Assembly: GCA_035287205.1 (NCBI GenBank)
Contig: DATEBV010000358.1
Location: 1-50,300, forward strand
Reading direction: 5' to 3'
From: Chthoniobacterales bacterium
GTDB taxonomy: Bacteria > Verrucomicrobiota > Verrucomicrobiia > Chthoniobacterales > UBA6821
Length of the DNA: 50,300 bases
Below the pieces are notes generated by a model, which did not search any database, had not been told where the DNA came from, and saw nothing but the letters and a program-made list of their open reading frames with translations. Positions 17,486 through 25,718 of this stretch are shown here, one piece after another (the first letter of the stretch is position 1; every line of letters begins with the position of its first letter). A program made the translations under genes and the position numbers.

Positions 17486-18487
17486 ATGACTATCTTCTGT
17501 GCTGGCCTTAATCATCGTGTTGCTGATTTGAACGTCAGAGAGCATTTTGCCGTGAGCGAACGGGAAATGGGATCGATGTTAGAGCGGTTGCGTGGGATTG
17601 AGGGGCTTTCAGGCGCGGTAATGCTTTCCACCTGCAATCGTGTAGAACTCTATGCGACCACACTCTGTCCGATGAGGACGTTAGAAGGATTTCATACTAT
17701 TTTACAAGAGCGTGTTGGGGTAGAAATCCCTCTTTATCATCATACAACGCCAGGGGCAGTCCGTCATCTTTTTCGCGTAGCGAGCGGACTTGATTCGATG
17801 GTATTGGGAGAAACGGAGATTTTTGGACAAGTAAAAAAGGCCTATTCGCTTGCTTCGGAATTGGGCTCGACGACAAGGCCGTTACACCGTCTTTTTCAGC
17901 ATGCTTTTCGTGTGGCAAAATCGGTTCGAACGGAAACACAAATTACCCGAGGAGCTTCTTCAGTCGGGTCGGTAGCTGTAGAGTTGGCAGAAAAAATTTT
18001 TGGGAAATTAGAAAAATGTCGTGTGATGATTCTAGGTGCTGGTGAGGTTAGTGAGCGGACCGCACGAAGTCTTCAGTCACGTGGAGTTCGTAGTGTTATT
18101 GTTTCTAATAGAACGTACGATCGTGCTGCAGCATTAGCAGCTGAGATTGGAGGGATGGCACTTCATTTTGATCATTGGGAGAAGGCTTTTAACGATGTTG
18201 ACATCATTATTAGTTCGACTGGTGCTCCTCATGCAATTCTTACGGTAGAAAAAATAAAACCGTTTTTAAAACAACGTCAAGGACGCCCCCTCTTTGTTAT
18301 TGATCTTGCTGTGCCTCGTGATGCTGATCCTGCCATTCATAAATTGGATGGAGTGTTCCTTTATGATATTGATAACCTGCAGCAGCTTGCTGCCCAATCA
18401 TTAGATATTCGGCGTCAAGAAGTGGCTCGCTGTGAATCACTCATCGAAGGACATGTTAGCGGATTTCTTAGATGGATGCATCGGTAA
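17486..18487 (+). CDS. hemA: glutamyl-tRNA reductase (short form, 333 aa)
   Basis: GLNHRVADLNVRE, catalytic STCNRVELY, GETEIFGQVK, NADPH-binding ILGAGEVSE; appears to lack the long C-terminal dimerisation domain. Confidence 0.85.
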   Translation: MTIFCAGLNHRVADLNVREHFAVSEREMGSMLERLRGIEGLSGAVMLSTCNRVELYATTLCPMRTLEGFHTILQERVGVEIPLYHHTTPGAVRHLFRVASGLDSMVLGETEIFGQVKKAYSLASELGSTTRPLHRLFQHAFRVAKSVRTETQITRGASSVGSVAVELAEKIFGKLEKCRVMILGAGEVSERTARSLQSRGVRSVIVSNRTYDRAAALAAEIGGMALHFDHWEKAFNDVDIIISSTGAPHAILTVEKIKPFLKQRQGRPLFVIDLAVPRDADPAIHKLDGVFLYDIDNLQQLAAQSLDIRRQEVARCESLIEGHVSGFLRWMHR

Positions 18488-18582
18488 CTATTCGGCCTGT
18501 TGGCCGAATAGTTAGTTTAAGTTAAGAGTTTAAGTTTAAGTTAATTTTTGGTCACTTCGTGACAAGTTGAAAAATAAAGCGG
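18486..18582 (+). repeat. Family C modular element (C1) directly after the hemA stop
   Basis: Modules: hairpin ctATTCGGCCtgttGGCCGAATag; (A)AGTTTAAG-type short tandem units; TTTTTGGTCACTTCGTGACAAG; gaaaaataaagcgg. Confidence 0.88.
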
Positions 18583-18670
18583 TAACTACCGACATCTATG
18601 GTAACTTTTCAGTCCCCTTTTCTCCGGAGATGAGCTCTGAACTATAGGCTACAGGAGCAGATAGCTGTTT

Positions 18671-18774
18671 AGTAGCTTCTCAAAAAACTATGCAATCCAT
18701 TCATATTACTACTTCGCAGTCCAATCATTTAATTCAGATACCTCCTCCTTTGGAGGAAGTATCTGAACCCCTAA
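18671..18774 (+). repeat. Family A element (A8) forming the 5' end of hemC
   Basis: agtagcttctcaaaaaactATGcaatccattcatattactacttcgcagtccaatcatttaattcagatacctcctcctttggaggaagtatctgaacccctaa; translated in frame as MQSIHITTSQSNHLIQIPPPLEEVSEPL. Confidence 0.92.
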
Positions 18775-19808
18775 TTATTTTAGGAACTAGAGGAAGTGCG
18801 CTGGCGCGTGCGCAGACAACGCTTGTTAGCAAGTTGCTGAGAGCAGCCCACCCCGATCTTAGCATTGAAGAAAAGATTATTACTACAATAGGAGATATTA
18901 CTAGCGAACGGTCAAATTGTTTTATTCAGAGGCCGCCTCCGCAGGAGGTGGGCTCTGAACGCTTAACAGGAGATGCACGTCCTATGATGCCCCTCCATGA
19001 ACCAACTGCAGAAGGATCTGGTCTTTTTACACAACAACTAGAAGAGGCACTGTTCTCGCACGAAATCGATGCTGCGGTTCATAGTCTGAAAGATCTTCCG
19101 GTTAGGACTCCTATGCGGTTGATTTTAGCTGCTATTTTACCACGTGCGGCAACAAATGATCTGTTAATAACTCTTGATCAAGGGGGGCTTGAAGGATTGG
19201 CGTCTGGAGCTACCATAGGAAGTAGTAGTCCACGACGAGTAGAATTGCTCAGACATCGTCGTTGTGATCTTCGCTTTACAACACTTCGAGGTAATGTTCC
19301 GACAAGGTTGCGGAAATTAGCGATGAATCAACGAGATCACCCGCTAGATGCAATTGTTTTAGCACAGGCAGGACTCGAACGACTTGGATATGATTTGAAT
19401 ATCATCAAAGGAGAAGGTTGTTTCATGTTCGATGGTACAATGCTGCATGTGACAGAGTTGACTTGGATGCTTCCAGCACCAGGTCAAGGAGCCATTGCTA
19501 TTGAGACCCGTGATGTAAGTGATGAGAAATCTTCTCATGACGTTTCTGCCTATTTTTCAGCGCTACACGATGAAAAGACGGCAAAGTGTGTTCAAGCTGA
19601 ACGACTGCTCTTACAGTATCTCGGTGGAGGTTGTCATATGGCCCTAGGAGCCTTAGCGACTCTTGATGAGAGTTCACAGCAGATTGCGCTGAAGGGTGTC
19701 TATGTTCCTTATGCTGGGGCTACTCCTCGCGAGGGAGAAGCGAGAGGGGCTACTCCAGAAGAGGTAGCGTTGCTCGTGATGACACAGTTGACGGATAAAT
19801 TGGCGTGA
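18690..19808 (+). CDS. hemC: hydroxymethylbilane synthase (porphobilinogen deaminase) with repeat-derived N-terminus and an internal repeat insertion
   Basis: LGTRGSALA N-terminal motif, HSLKDLP, cofactor region GGGCHMALGA. The only in-frame ATG/TTG codons upstream of GTRGS (18690, 18750) lie inside repeat A8. Confidence 0.88.
   Translation: MQSIHITTSQSNHLIQIPPPLEEVSEPLIILGTRGSALARAQTTLVSKLLRAAHPDLSIEEKIITTIGDITSERSNCFIQRPPPQEVGSERLTGDARPMMPLHEPTAEGSGLFTQQLEEALFSHEIDAAVHSLKDLPVRTPMRLILAAILPRAATNDLLITLDQGGLEGLASGATIGSSSPRRVELLRHRRCDLRFTTLRGNVPTRLRKLAMNQRDHPLDAIVLAQAGLERLGYDLNIIKGEGCFMFDGTMLHVTELTWMLPAPGQGAIAIETRDVSDEKSSHDVSAYFSALHDEKTAKCVQAERLLLQYLGGGCHMALGALATLDESSQQIALKGVYVPYAGATPREGEARGATPEEVALLVMTQLTDKLA
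18897..18967 (+). mobile_element. Family A 3'-module (A9) inserted in frame inside hemC, flanked by a 7-bp direct repeat
   Basis: attactagcgaacggtcaaattgttttattcagaggccgcctccgcaggaggtgggctctgaacgcttaac, bracketed by AGGAGAT at 18890-18896 and 18968-18974. The repeat-to-repeat distance is 78 bp (26 codons). Confidence 0.88.
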
Positions 19809-19987
19809 GCTGCTTTGAGGTCAGAACTAATTCACGGGAATTCATAAACAGGCATGAAAAAGGATGAAAGAAGAAAAAATTAACAAGGATGGAAGGGATG
19901 GAAGGGATAGAAGAAAAAGAATACTGATTACTAAAAATCTAATTATTAATTGATTTCGGATATTCATTAATTTGATGATTTGTTTTC

Positions 19988-21652
19988 TTGATGTTAGCCT
20001 CTAAAACTATGCATTGCATTCACACTACGACTTCGCAGTCCGATCATTTATTTCAGATCTTTCCTCCGAAGGAGGAAAGATCTGAACGCCTACCTATTAC
20101 TCAACAACGTCAACCTGCAGGTATCTGTTTCTTAGTTGGAGCAGGACCTGGTGATCCTGGTCTTCTTACGGTGCGTGGTCAGGAGTTACTGCAGCAGGCA
20201 GAGGTTGTTCTCTATGATTATCTCTGCAATCGAGAACTACTGAGACAGGTGCCGTCGATAGCTGAAAAAATCTATGTTGGGAAAAGTGCTGGCAAACATG
20301 CATTGACTCAAGAGGAGATCAATGCCTTGCTTGTCAAATTCACGAAAGAAGGAAAACGTGTGGTGCGTTTAAAAGGAGGCGATCCTTTTCTTTTTGGGCG
20401 AGGAGGAGAAGAGGCCGAAGCGTTAGTCGATGCAGGGTTGCGGTTTGAAATTGTTCCCGGAGTAACTTCTGCTATTGCAGGATTAGCTTATGCAGGAATT
20501 CCTGTAACGCATCGTAAGAGTAATTCGCAGCTCACGATTTTTACCGGACATGAAGATCCTTCTAAGGATGGGTCATCACTCAATTATCCGTTACTAGCCT
20601 CAACTCCTGGGACGAAAGTTATGCTTATGGGGGTGGAGCAATTAGCTTCAATAACAACAGCGTTAGCAGTAGGAGGAATGGCATCGACAACACCAGTAGC
20701 CCTTGTTCGTTGGGCAACCACAGGACGCCATCAGACGATTGTTGGGACATTGGGGACCATTGCTGCTCTTGCTCAAGAAAACGATTTTAAAGCGCCTGCT
20801 ATTGCTGTTTTTGGAGAGGTTGTAACGCTTCGTGAGAAGCTCAATTGGTTTGAAACGCGACCTCTTTTTGGACGTCGTATTGTCGTCACTCGCACTCGCA
20901 AACAGGCAAGCGGTCTTGTAACAGCATTACGTGAGCTAGGAGCTGATGCTTATGAGTTGCCAACGATTCGTATCGAGCCTTTGAAAGAGAAAAAAGAAAT
21001 CGCTGTTTTTGAACAAGCCATAATGGAAGCTCACCATTATGATTGGATCATCTTTACAAGCCCCAATGGAGTAGTTGCTTTTTTTGACGCTTTTTATAAG
21101 TTGCGCCATGATGCTCGTGAATTAGGCAATGTTCGTCTCGCTGCTATTGGTACTGGAACTGCTCGTAAAATTGAAGAGTATCGCTTTGCCGTTGACTTAA
21201 TACCTCCTGAGTTTGTCGCTGAATCACTTCTTAAAGAGTTCCAGAAGATGAGTGTAGAAAATCTTCGTATTCTTTTACCGCGTGCTGCAGGAGCACGTGA
21301 ATTTTTAGCGACGGAACTCGAAGATCGTGGGGCTATTGTCGATGATATTTCTGCTTATTACACAGTAGCTGAAACAGAGGATGTTGCTGGAGGAATTCAA
21401 CGTTTCTGCGAAGAGGGGGCTGATATGATTACTTTTACCAGTGGTTCTACGGTGCAGCATTTTCAGGAATTGGCAAAACAACGAGCTCTTACGTTGCCTA
21501 AAGAGTTGGTTTTGGCTAGTATTGGTCCTGTGACTTCTTTTATGATGAAGGAATTAGGAATGACCGTAGGATTAGAAGCAGAACAACACGATATTCCAGG
21601 ACTTGTTGAGGCAATTTTAGGTTATTATACCCAACGCCCCTTTATTTCGTAG
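19988..21652 (+). CDS. cobA: fused uroporphyrinogen-III C-methyltransferase / uroporphyrinogen-III synthase
   Basis: 554-aa ORF. N-terminal half has VGAGPGDPGLLTVRG and LKGGDPFLFGRGGEE; C-terminal half is HemD-like. All in-frame start codons (19988, 19991, 20009) are at or inside repeat A10. Stop TAG lies in the loop of palindrome G2. Confidence 0.88.
   Translation: MMLASKTMHCIHTTTSQSDHLFQIFPPKEERSERLPITQQRQPAGICFLVGAGPGDPGLLTVRGQELLQQAEVVLYDYLCNRELLRQVPSIAEKIYVGKSAGKHALTQEEINALLVKFTKEGKRVVRLKGGDPFLFGRGGEEAEALVDAGLRFEIVPGVTSAIAGLAYAGIPVTHRKSNSQLTIFTGHEDPSKDGSSLNYPLLASTPGTKVMLMGVEQLASITTALAVGGMASTTPVALVRWATTGRHQTIVGTLGTIAALAQENDFKAPAIAVFGEVVTLREKLNWFETRPLFGRRIVVTRTRKQASGLVTALRELGADAYELPTIRIEPLKEKKEIAVFEQAIMEAHHYDWIIFTSPNGVVAFFDAFYKLRHDARELGNVRLAAIGTGTARKIEEYRFAVDLIPPEFVAESLLKEFQKMSVENLRILLPRAAGAREFLATELEDRGAIVDDISAYYTVAETEDVAGGIQRFCEEGADMITFTSGSTVQHFQELAKQRALTLPKELVLASIGPVTSFMMKELGMTVGLEAEQHDIPGLVEAILGYYTQRPFIS
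19993..20094 (+). repeat. Family A element (A10) forming the 5' end of cobA/hemD
   Basis: gttagcctctaaaactATGcattgcattcacactacgacttcgcagtccgatcatttatttcagatctttcctccgaaggaggaaagatctgaacgcctacc; translated as MHCIHTTTSQSDHLFQIFPPKEERSERLP. Confidence 0.92.
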
Positions 21653-21671
21653 AAATAAAGGGACGTTGGGT
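21629..21671. repeat. Family G palindrome (G2)
   Basis: acccaacgcccctttatttcgTAGaaataaagggacgttgggt; the cobA/hemD stop TAG (21650-21652) is at the loop centre. Confidence 0.88.
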
Positions 21672-21760
21672 ATAATCGTAAAAAAAACAAACTCGTTATC
21701 TTTTACTCGTTATTCGTTACTTCTCTGTAGGTAACCAAGGTATACTCATCACGAATGAAA

Positions 21761-21867
21761 TTCAGTAGCTTCTCAAACAAACTATACAATGTATTTACAC
21801 TGCATCTTCGCAGCTCAATCATTTGGTTCAAGTCCGTCCTCCGAAGGAGGGGAGCTGAACGCTTACC
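21761..21867 (+). repeat. Family A element (A11), followed by a variant hairpin at 21881-21917
   Basis: ttcagtagcttctcaaacaaactatacaatgtatttacactgcatcttcgcagctcaatcatttggttcaagtccgtcctccgaaggaggggagctgaacgcttacc; then ttcagagctcacccttcgaagaaaggtgaggttgaac. Confidence 0.88.
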
Positions 21868-21914
21868 CTACAGCCTATAGTTCAGAGCTCACCCTTCGAA
21901 GAAAGGTGAGGTTG

Positions 21915-22081
21915 AACCTAAAAACAGGATTAGAGAATGGCGATCTTCCGCAATATACTTGGCCTCAAAAAGTTTTTTCCAAAGTCTCACGTACCGTGAA
22001 GGTATGCCACGCCTTCGTAAAAACCTTTTTGAGACCAAGTTCTTACGAAATATCATCCACTTCTAACCCCGTTTTTAGGTT
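21915..22081. mobile_element. Family F element (F2) abutting the glycosidase TTG start
   Basis: aacctaaaaacaggattagagaatggc...tctcacgtaccgtgaaggtatgccacgcc...ccccgtttttaggtt; shares ends and the internal acgtacc..aaggtatgcc.cg block with F1. Confidence 0.8.
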
Positions 22082-22967
22082 GAATGCTTATGCAGTTGTT
22101 TTATTGCTATTTTTCGCACTTGCAAGGCCTTCTCTGTTAGCTACTGAAACCGCTTGGCATATTGTTGATAGTAGAGAGATTGGATCGTATGTTAACCAGC
22201 AACCAGCAACCAACAATCAGCAATTTCTTTTCCAACCAGCAATTGCCATTCGTTCGGGATACCGAATAGATGAATCCGCTGTATTCCTATCTATTTCTTT
22301 GAGTCGTACGAAGGGTGGTGGTGATAGTGAAAATGTTCATCTCGAAGGTGTGGTTTTTAAAGATCAATTTTTTCGTTTAGAAGTTGTTGATAATTCTATG
22401 CGTGAAAAGACACTTTCTCAAGCAATGCAAGAGGGGCATTTTCTTGCAGGGGTGAATGGAGGATATTTTCAACCTAATGGGACTCCTCTAGGTCTTGTTG
22501 TGCATCAGAAAAAAATTCTACATTCTCAAGAGAAAGCACGCTTATTGAGTGGTTTTCTTATCACAGAGGATCATCGAATGACACTGACACGAGTGGGCGA
22601 GAAGATTCCTGAGGGAGCCATTGAGGTTTTACAAGCAGGACCATTTCTTATAGATCATGAGATGCCTGTGGTCGGTTTGGAAGATCAACGAGTGGCGAGA
22701 CGTACCTTTTTGGCAACTGATGGTCGCGGTCTCTGGGTTATGGGAATCATCTCTCCAGTAACCCTCGCAGATGCTTCTAGGGTGCTCTTAGTAGCATCTC
22801 CTAAGCTTTTTTTAACTGGAAAAATTCAACGTGCTTTAAACTTAGATGGTGGTTCCTCAAGCGCTCTCTGGGTGAATTTTCAATCAGACCCATTTTCCCA
22901 AAGCGAATGGGGTACGGTGAGGAATTTTTTGGGACTAAGAACCTGTGTGAGCTCAAAACGGAACTGA
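22080..22967 (+). CDS. phosphodiester glycosidase (NAGPA/DUF2233) family protein, secreted
   Basis: NGGYF and NLDGGSSSALW motifs. The ORF-track start 21789 lies in repeats A11 and F2. TTG 22080 gives a signal-like MNAYAVVLLLFFALARPSLLA. Confidence 0.6.
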   Translation: MNAYAVVLLLFFALARPSLLATETAWHIVDSREIGSYVNQQPATNNQQFLFQPAIAIRSGYRIDESAVFLSISLSRTKGGGDSENVHLEGVVFKDQFFRLEVVDNSMREKTLSQAMQEGHFLAGVNGGYFQPNGTPLGLVVHQKKILHSQEKARLLSGFLITEDHRMTLTRVGEKIPEGAIEVLQAGPFLIDHEMPVVGLEDQRVARRTFLATDGRGLWVMGIISPVTLADASRVLLVASPKLFLTGKIQRALNLDGGSSSALWVNFQSDPFSQSEWGTVRNFLGLRTCVSSKRN

Positions 22968-23104
22968 AATATTCGGGTTAACTTTAGAATTTCTACTCGC
23001 CATTCGTTACTCTTTACCCGTTAATTATTTTCTGTTAACTTTATTTTAGTTGCCGCGCCGTGCAAAGCGGAGGCTGAACGATTAACTAAACTTCTAAATA
23101 TTTT

Positions 23105-23449
23105 ATGCAAATTCATCTAAGTCCTCGCCATATGGTGCTCACCGCAGCAATTCATTCTTACGTTTGTGAAAAAATTGCTCATCTTGAGTTAAAAACTCCT
23201 TCTCTAATTGCTGCGCATATTGTGATTTTGCATGATGAGACCAAGAAAAAACGCTATGTTGTCAAGGTGCATCTAGCCCTTCCTGGTCCTGATATCTTTG
23301 CCGAAGATGCTGAAGATAACCTTTATGCGGCCATTGATCTTGTGATTGATAAACTGGCTCAACAACTGCGCAAGCATAAAACAAAACTCAAAGAAACAAA
23401 AACTCATAAATTGCGTCTTGCTAAAGAGTCGATGAAGCGTGGGGTTTGA
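23105..23449 (+). CDS. hpf: ribosome hibernation promoting factor / RaiA family (short form)
   Basis: 114-aa ORF with S30AE/sigma-54 modulation protein-like sequence (NLYAAIDLVIDKLAQQLRKHK). Confidence 0.8.
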   Translation: MQIHLSPRHMVLTAAIHSYVCEKIAHLELKTPSLIAAHIVILHDETKKKRYVVKVHLALPGPDIFAEDAEDNLYAAIDLVIDKLAQQLRKHKTKLKETKTHKLRLAKESMKRGV

Positions 23450-23453
23450 TAAT

Positions 23454-23542
23454 ATGCAATGCATTCCTCTACTACTTCGCAGTACGATCATTTGATTCAG
23501 ATTCCTCCTCCTCCTTCGGCGGAGGAGAGGTCTGAACTAAGC
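23454..23542 (+). repeat. Family A element (A12) at the 5' end of scpA
   Basis: atgcaATGcattcctctactacttcgcagtacgatcatttgattcagattcctcctcctccttcggcggaggagaggtctgaactaagc; translated as MHSSTTSQYDHLIQIPPPPSAEERSEL. Confidence 0.88.
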
Positions 23543-24298
23543 ATTGTGCAACAATGTGCCAACGTCGATTTGGAATATAAGATAAGCCTTGAGGTTTTTG
23601 AAGGGCCGCTCGATTTATTACTTTATCTCATTAAAAAAGATGAAGTTGATATCTATGATGTCTCTATTGAGCGTATTACCAAACAATACCTAACTTATCT
23701 TGAAGCCTTTGAGGTCTTAAATATTGAGATTGCTGGAGAGTTCATTGTGATGGCAGCAAACTTACTCTATATTAAAAGCCGTACACTTCTTCCAAAAGAT
23801 CAGCAAATGCCTGATGAAGAAGTGGAGGAGGATGATCCTCGGTGGGAACTTATCCGGCAGCTTATTGAGTATAAAAAATTCAAAGAAGCTTCTTTCTATT
23901 TGCGTGATCAAGAAGAGTTACAATCGGCTCTTTTTCCTCGTCCAGGAGAATTAGCGGGAACGATTTCTAAGTTGCTTCCTGAAGAACCACTCCTGTTTAG
24001 TGAAGTGAGTATTTTTGATCTCATCAATGCTTTTCAAAAGGCACTTCGTCGTATTCCTAAAGGAGAATCGTTCCAAGAAATTTATGAAGAGACTTATACG
24101 GTTGCTGATAGAATACAATATCTCATTCGTTCGATTGATCCCGGAATTTCGCTAAAATTTGAAGAGCTTTTTTCTGAAGCCGCAACGCGTTCTGAATTAG
24201 TCGTGACTTTTCTTGCGATGCTGGAGCTCATTCGTATGAGGCAATTTATCGTGCGCCAAGCAGAACAGTTTGGAGAAATATGGATTGAGAGAGTGTAA
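23459..24298 (+). CDS. scpA: segregation and condensation protein A
   Basis: FEGPLDLLLYLIKKDEVDIYDVSI motif. The first 27 codons are repeat A12; alternative start GTG 23546. Confidence 0.85.
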   Translation: MHSSTTSQYDHLIQIPPPPSAEERSELSIVQQCANVDLEYKISLEVFEGPLDLLLYLIKKDEVDIYDVSIERITKQYLTYLEAFEVLNIEIAGEFIVMAANLLYIKSRTLLPKDQQMPDEEVEEDDPRWELIRQLIEYKKFKEASFYLRDQEELQSALFPRPGELAGTISKLLPEEPLLFSEVSIFDLINAFQKALRRIPKGESFQEIYEETYTVADRIQYLIRSIDPGISLKFEELFSEAATRSELVVTFLAMLELIRMRQFIVRQAEQFGEIWIERV

Positions 24299-24403
24299 AG
24301 CAGGTAACAGGTAGTAGATGACAGGCAGAAGAGTTGCTACTGAGCGATTTTTAAAACCAATTAACGGATGGGAAAATAAATTCGTTACTTGTCGTTACTA
24401 ACT

Positions 24404-24585
24404 CAGATATTTCATGCCCATCTACTACGACTTGCGAGAAACTTGATAAATACTGCGTTGGATTTGAATTTTTCTCTCTGCTAAAAATAATGTCCTTCTT
24501 ACAGCTACTGCGTTAAAATCCTTCGTCCACCTTGTCTTATCAAGCTTCGTGCTGCATCTCGCTACGATGTGTATGAAATATCCGG
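24404..24585 (-). repeat. Family E long-hairpin element, core-only copy (E1)
   Basis: cagatatttcatgcccatctactacgacttgcgag...gcgttaaaatccttcgtccaccttg...ctcgctacgatgtgtatgaaatatccg. Colinear with the reverse complement of E4; terminal stem atatttcat/atgaaatat. Confidence 0.82.
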
Positions 24586-24607
24586 GTTAACCTCCAAATT
24601 TATTTTT

Positions 24608-25369
24608 ATGAATAATTCTAATATAGATAGTGCAATGAAATCTTCTGAGGAAACTTTGAATGCTTCTCAGAAGATTTTGCCTCACCTTTCTCAAATTCTC
24701 GAAGCCCTACTTTTTGCTTCACAAAAAGCAATTACAATGAAAGAGTTTTTATCGTATTTCAAGGGAGCTTCTCATGCTTTGCCCGAAAGCGCAGCAGCAA
24801 CTTTTGCTCAACTTCAAGAGAATGATGTACTCACCGCTCTTCAGAAACTTCGTGAGGAAATTACAGCAACAGATCGTTCTTATGAATTGCGTGAAACCGC
24901 TTCAGGATGGCAGTTTGTCACTGCTGCTCAATTTGCTCCGTGGTTAAAACAGATGTTTCCAGAGGCTCGGCCTTCGCGTTTGAGTGCTCCAGCATTGGAA
25001 ACTTTGGCTATTATTGCTTACCGTCAACCCATGACTCGTGCTGATGTTGAGGCCGTCAGAGGTGTTGCTGTAGACGGAGTTGTTCAGACTTTGCTCGACC
25101 GTGGGTTCATCAGAATTGCAGGTCGCTCGGAACTTCCAGGAAGGCCATTACTTTATTCTACGAGTCAATTTTTCTTAGATCATTTTGGATTACGCCATCT
25201 AGAGGAACTACCTAATGCTGCCGAGCTTCGTTATGTCCCGCTCCCTAAGGTGGCAAAAGATTCTGAAGCTTCGCAGGTAGTAGCTCTTTCAGAAGTAGCG
25301 ACCATAATACCTTCTCAGAATGAGGAGGAACCATCTTCCGAGAATAACGTAGCGCTGTCTTTTGAGTAG
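24608..25369 (+). CDS. scpB: segregation and condensation protein B
   Basis: ILEALLFAS and GRSELPGRPLLYSTS..FLDHFGL motifs. ORF-track start 24569 lies in repeat E1, so ATG 24608 is preferred. Confidence 0.85.
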   Translation: MNNSNIDSAMKSSEETLNASQKILPHLSQILEALLFASQKAITMKEFLSYFKGASHALPESAAATFAQLQENDVLTALQKLREEITATDRSYELRETASGWQFVTAAQFAPWLKQMFPEARPSRLSAPALETLAIIAYRQPMTRADVEAVRGVAVDGVVQTLLDRGFIRIAGRSELPGRPLLYSTSQFFLDHFGLRHLEELPNAAELRYVPLPKVAKDSEASQVVALSEVATIIPSQNEEEPSSENNVALSFE

Positions 25370-25641
25370 TCAAAACGGTTCGTTTTGGAAGTGATAACAC
25401 ACCAGTAATTTTTCTTAAAAACTAAAAGGATTAAAAAAAAGTAATTCTTAGGCTTGTCGTGACGATCTATTTTCTATTAAATAGAAGACATCGAAGGCAG
25501 TCCTTGTATTTCATTATTATCGCTGTCAGATGCAGCTATCATCAGCTTCTTGCAATTTGTACTTGATTGATGATAATATATTCTGGCTAGTGGGATCGTC
25601 TTTTGCAGCAGTTTTTATTTTAAAAAAAATAAAAATTTCTG

Positions 25642-25671
25642 TTGACTTCAATCTCTTTAATGCATTATGCA
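25642..25671 (+). promoter_or_regulatory. Candidate sigma-70-type promoter for OMP paralog 1
   Basis: TTGACT (25642-25647), 18-nt spacer, TATGCA (25666-25671), preceded by an A/T-rich tract; about 48 nt upstream of ATG 25719. Confidence 0.3.
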
Positions 25672-25718
25672 AGGGGGTCTCAGATACATTCTCAAATCAT
25701 CTCAAACCAATTAAATCT

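Noticed and set aside
21761-21790. Outward promoter inside the family A 5' extension (TATACAAT/TATGCAAT as a -10 box)
   Set aside because: A -10-like hexamer is present in several copies. However, the best -35 candidate at 17-nt spacing (TTCAGT) is weak, and the motif overlaps the element ATG. This is too speculative to annotate, though it is worth testing with 5' end mapping.
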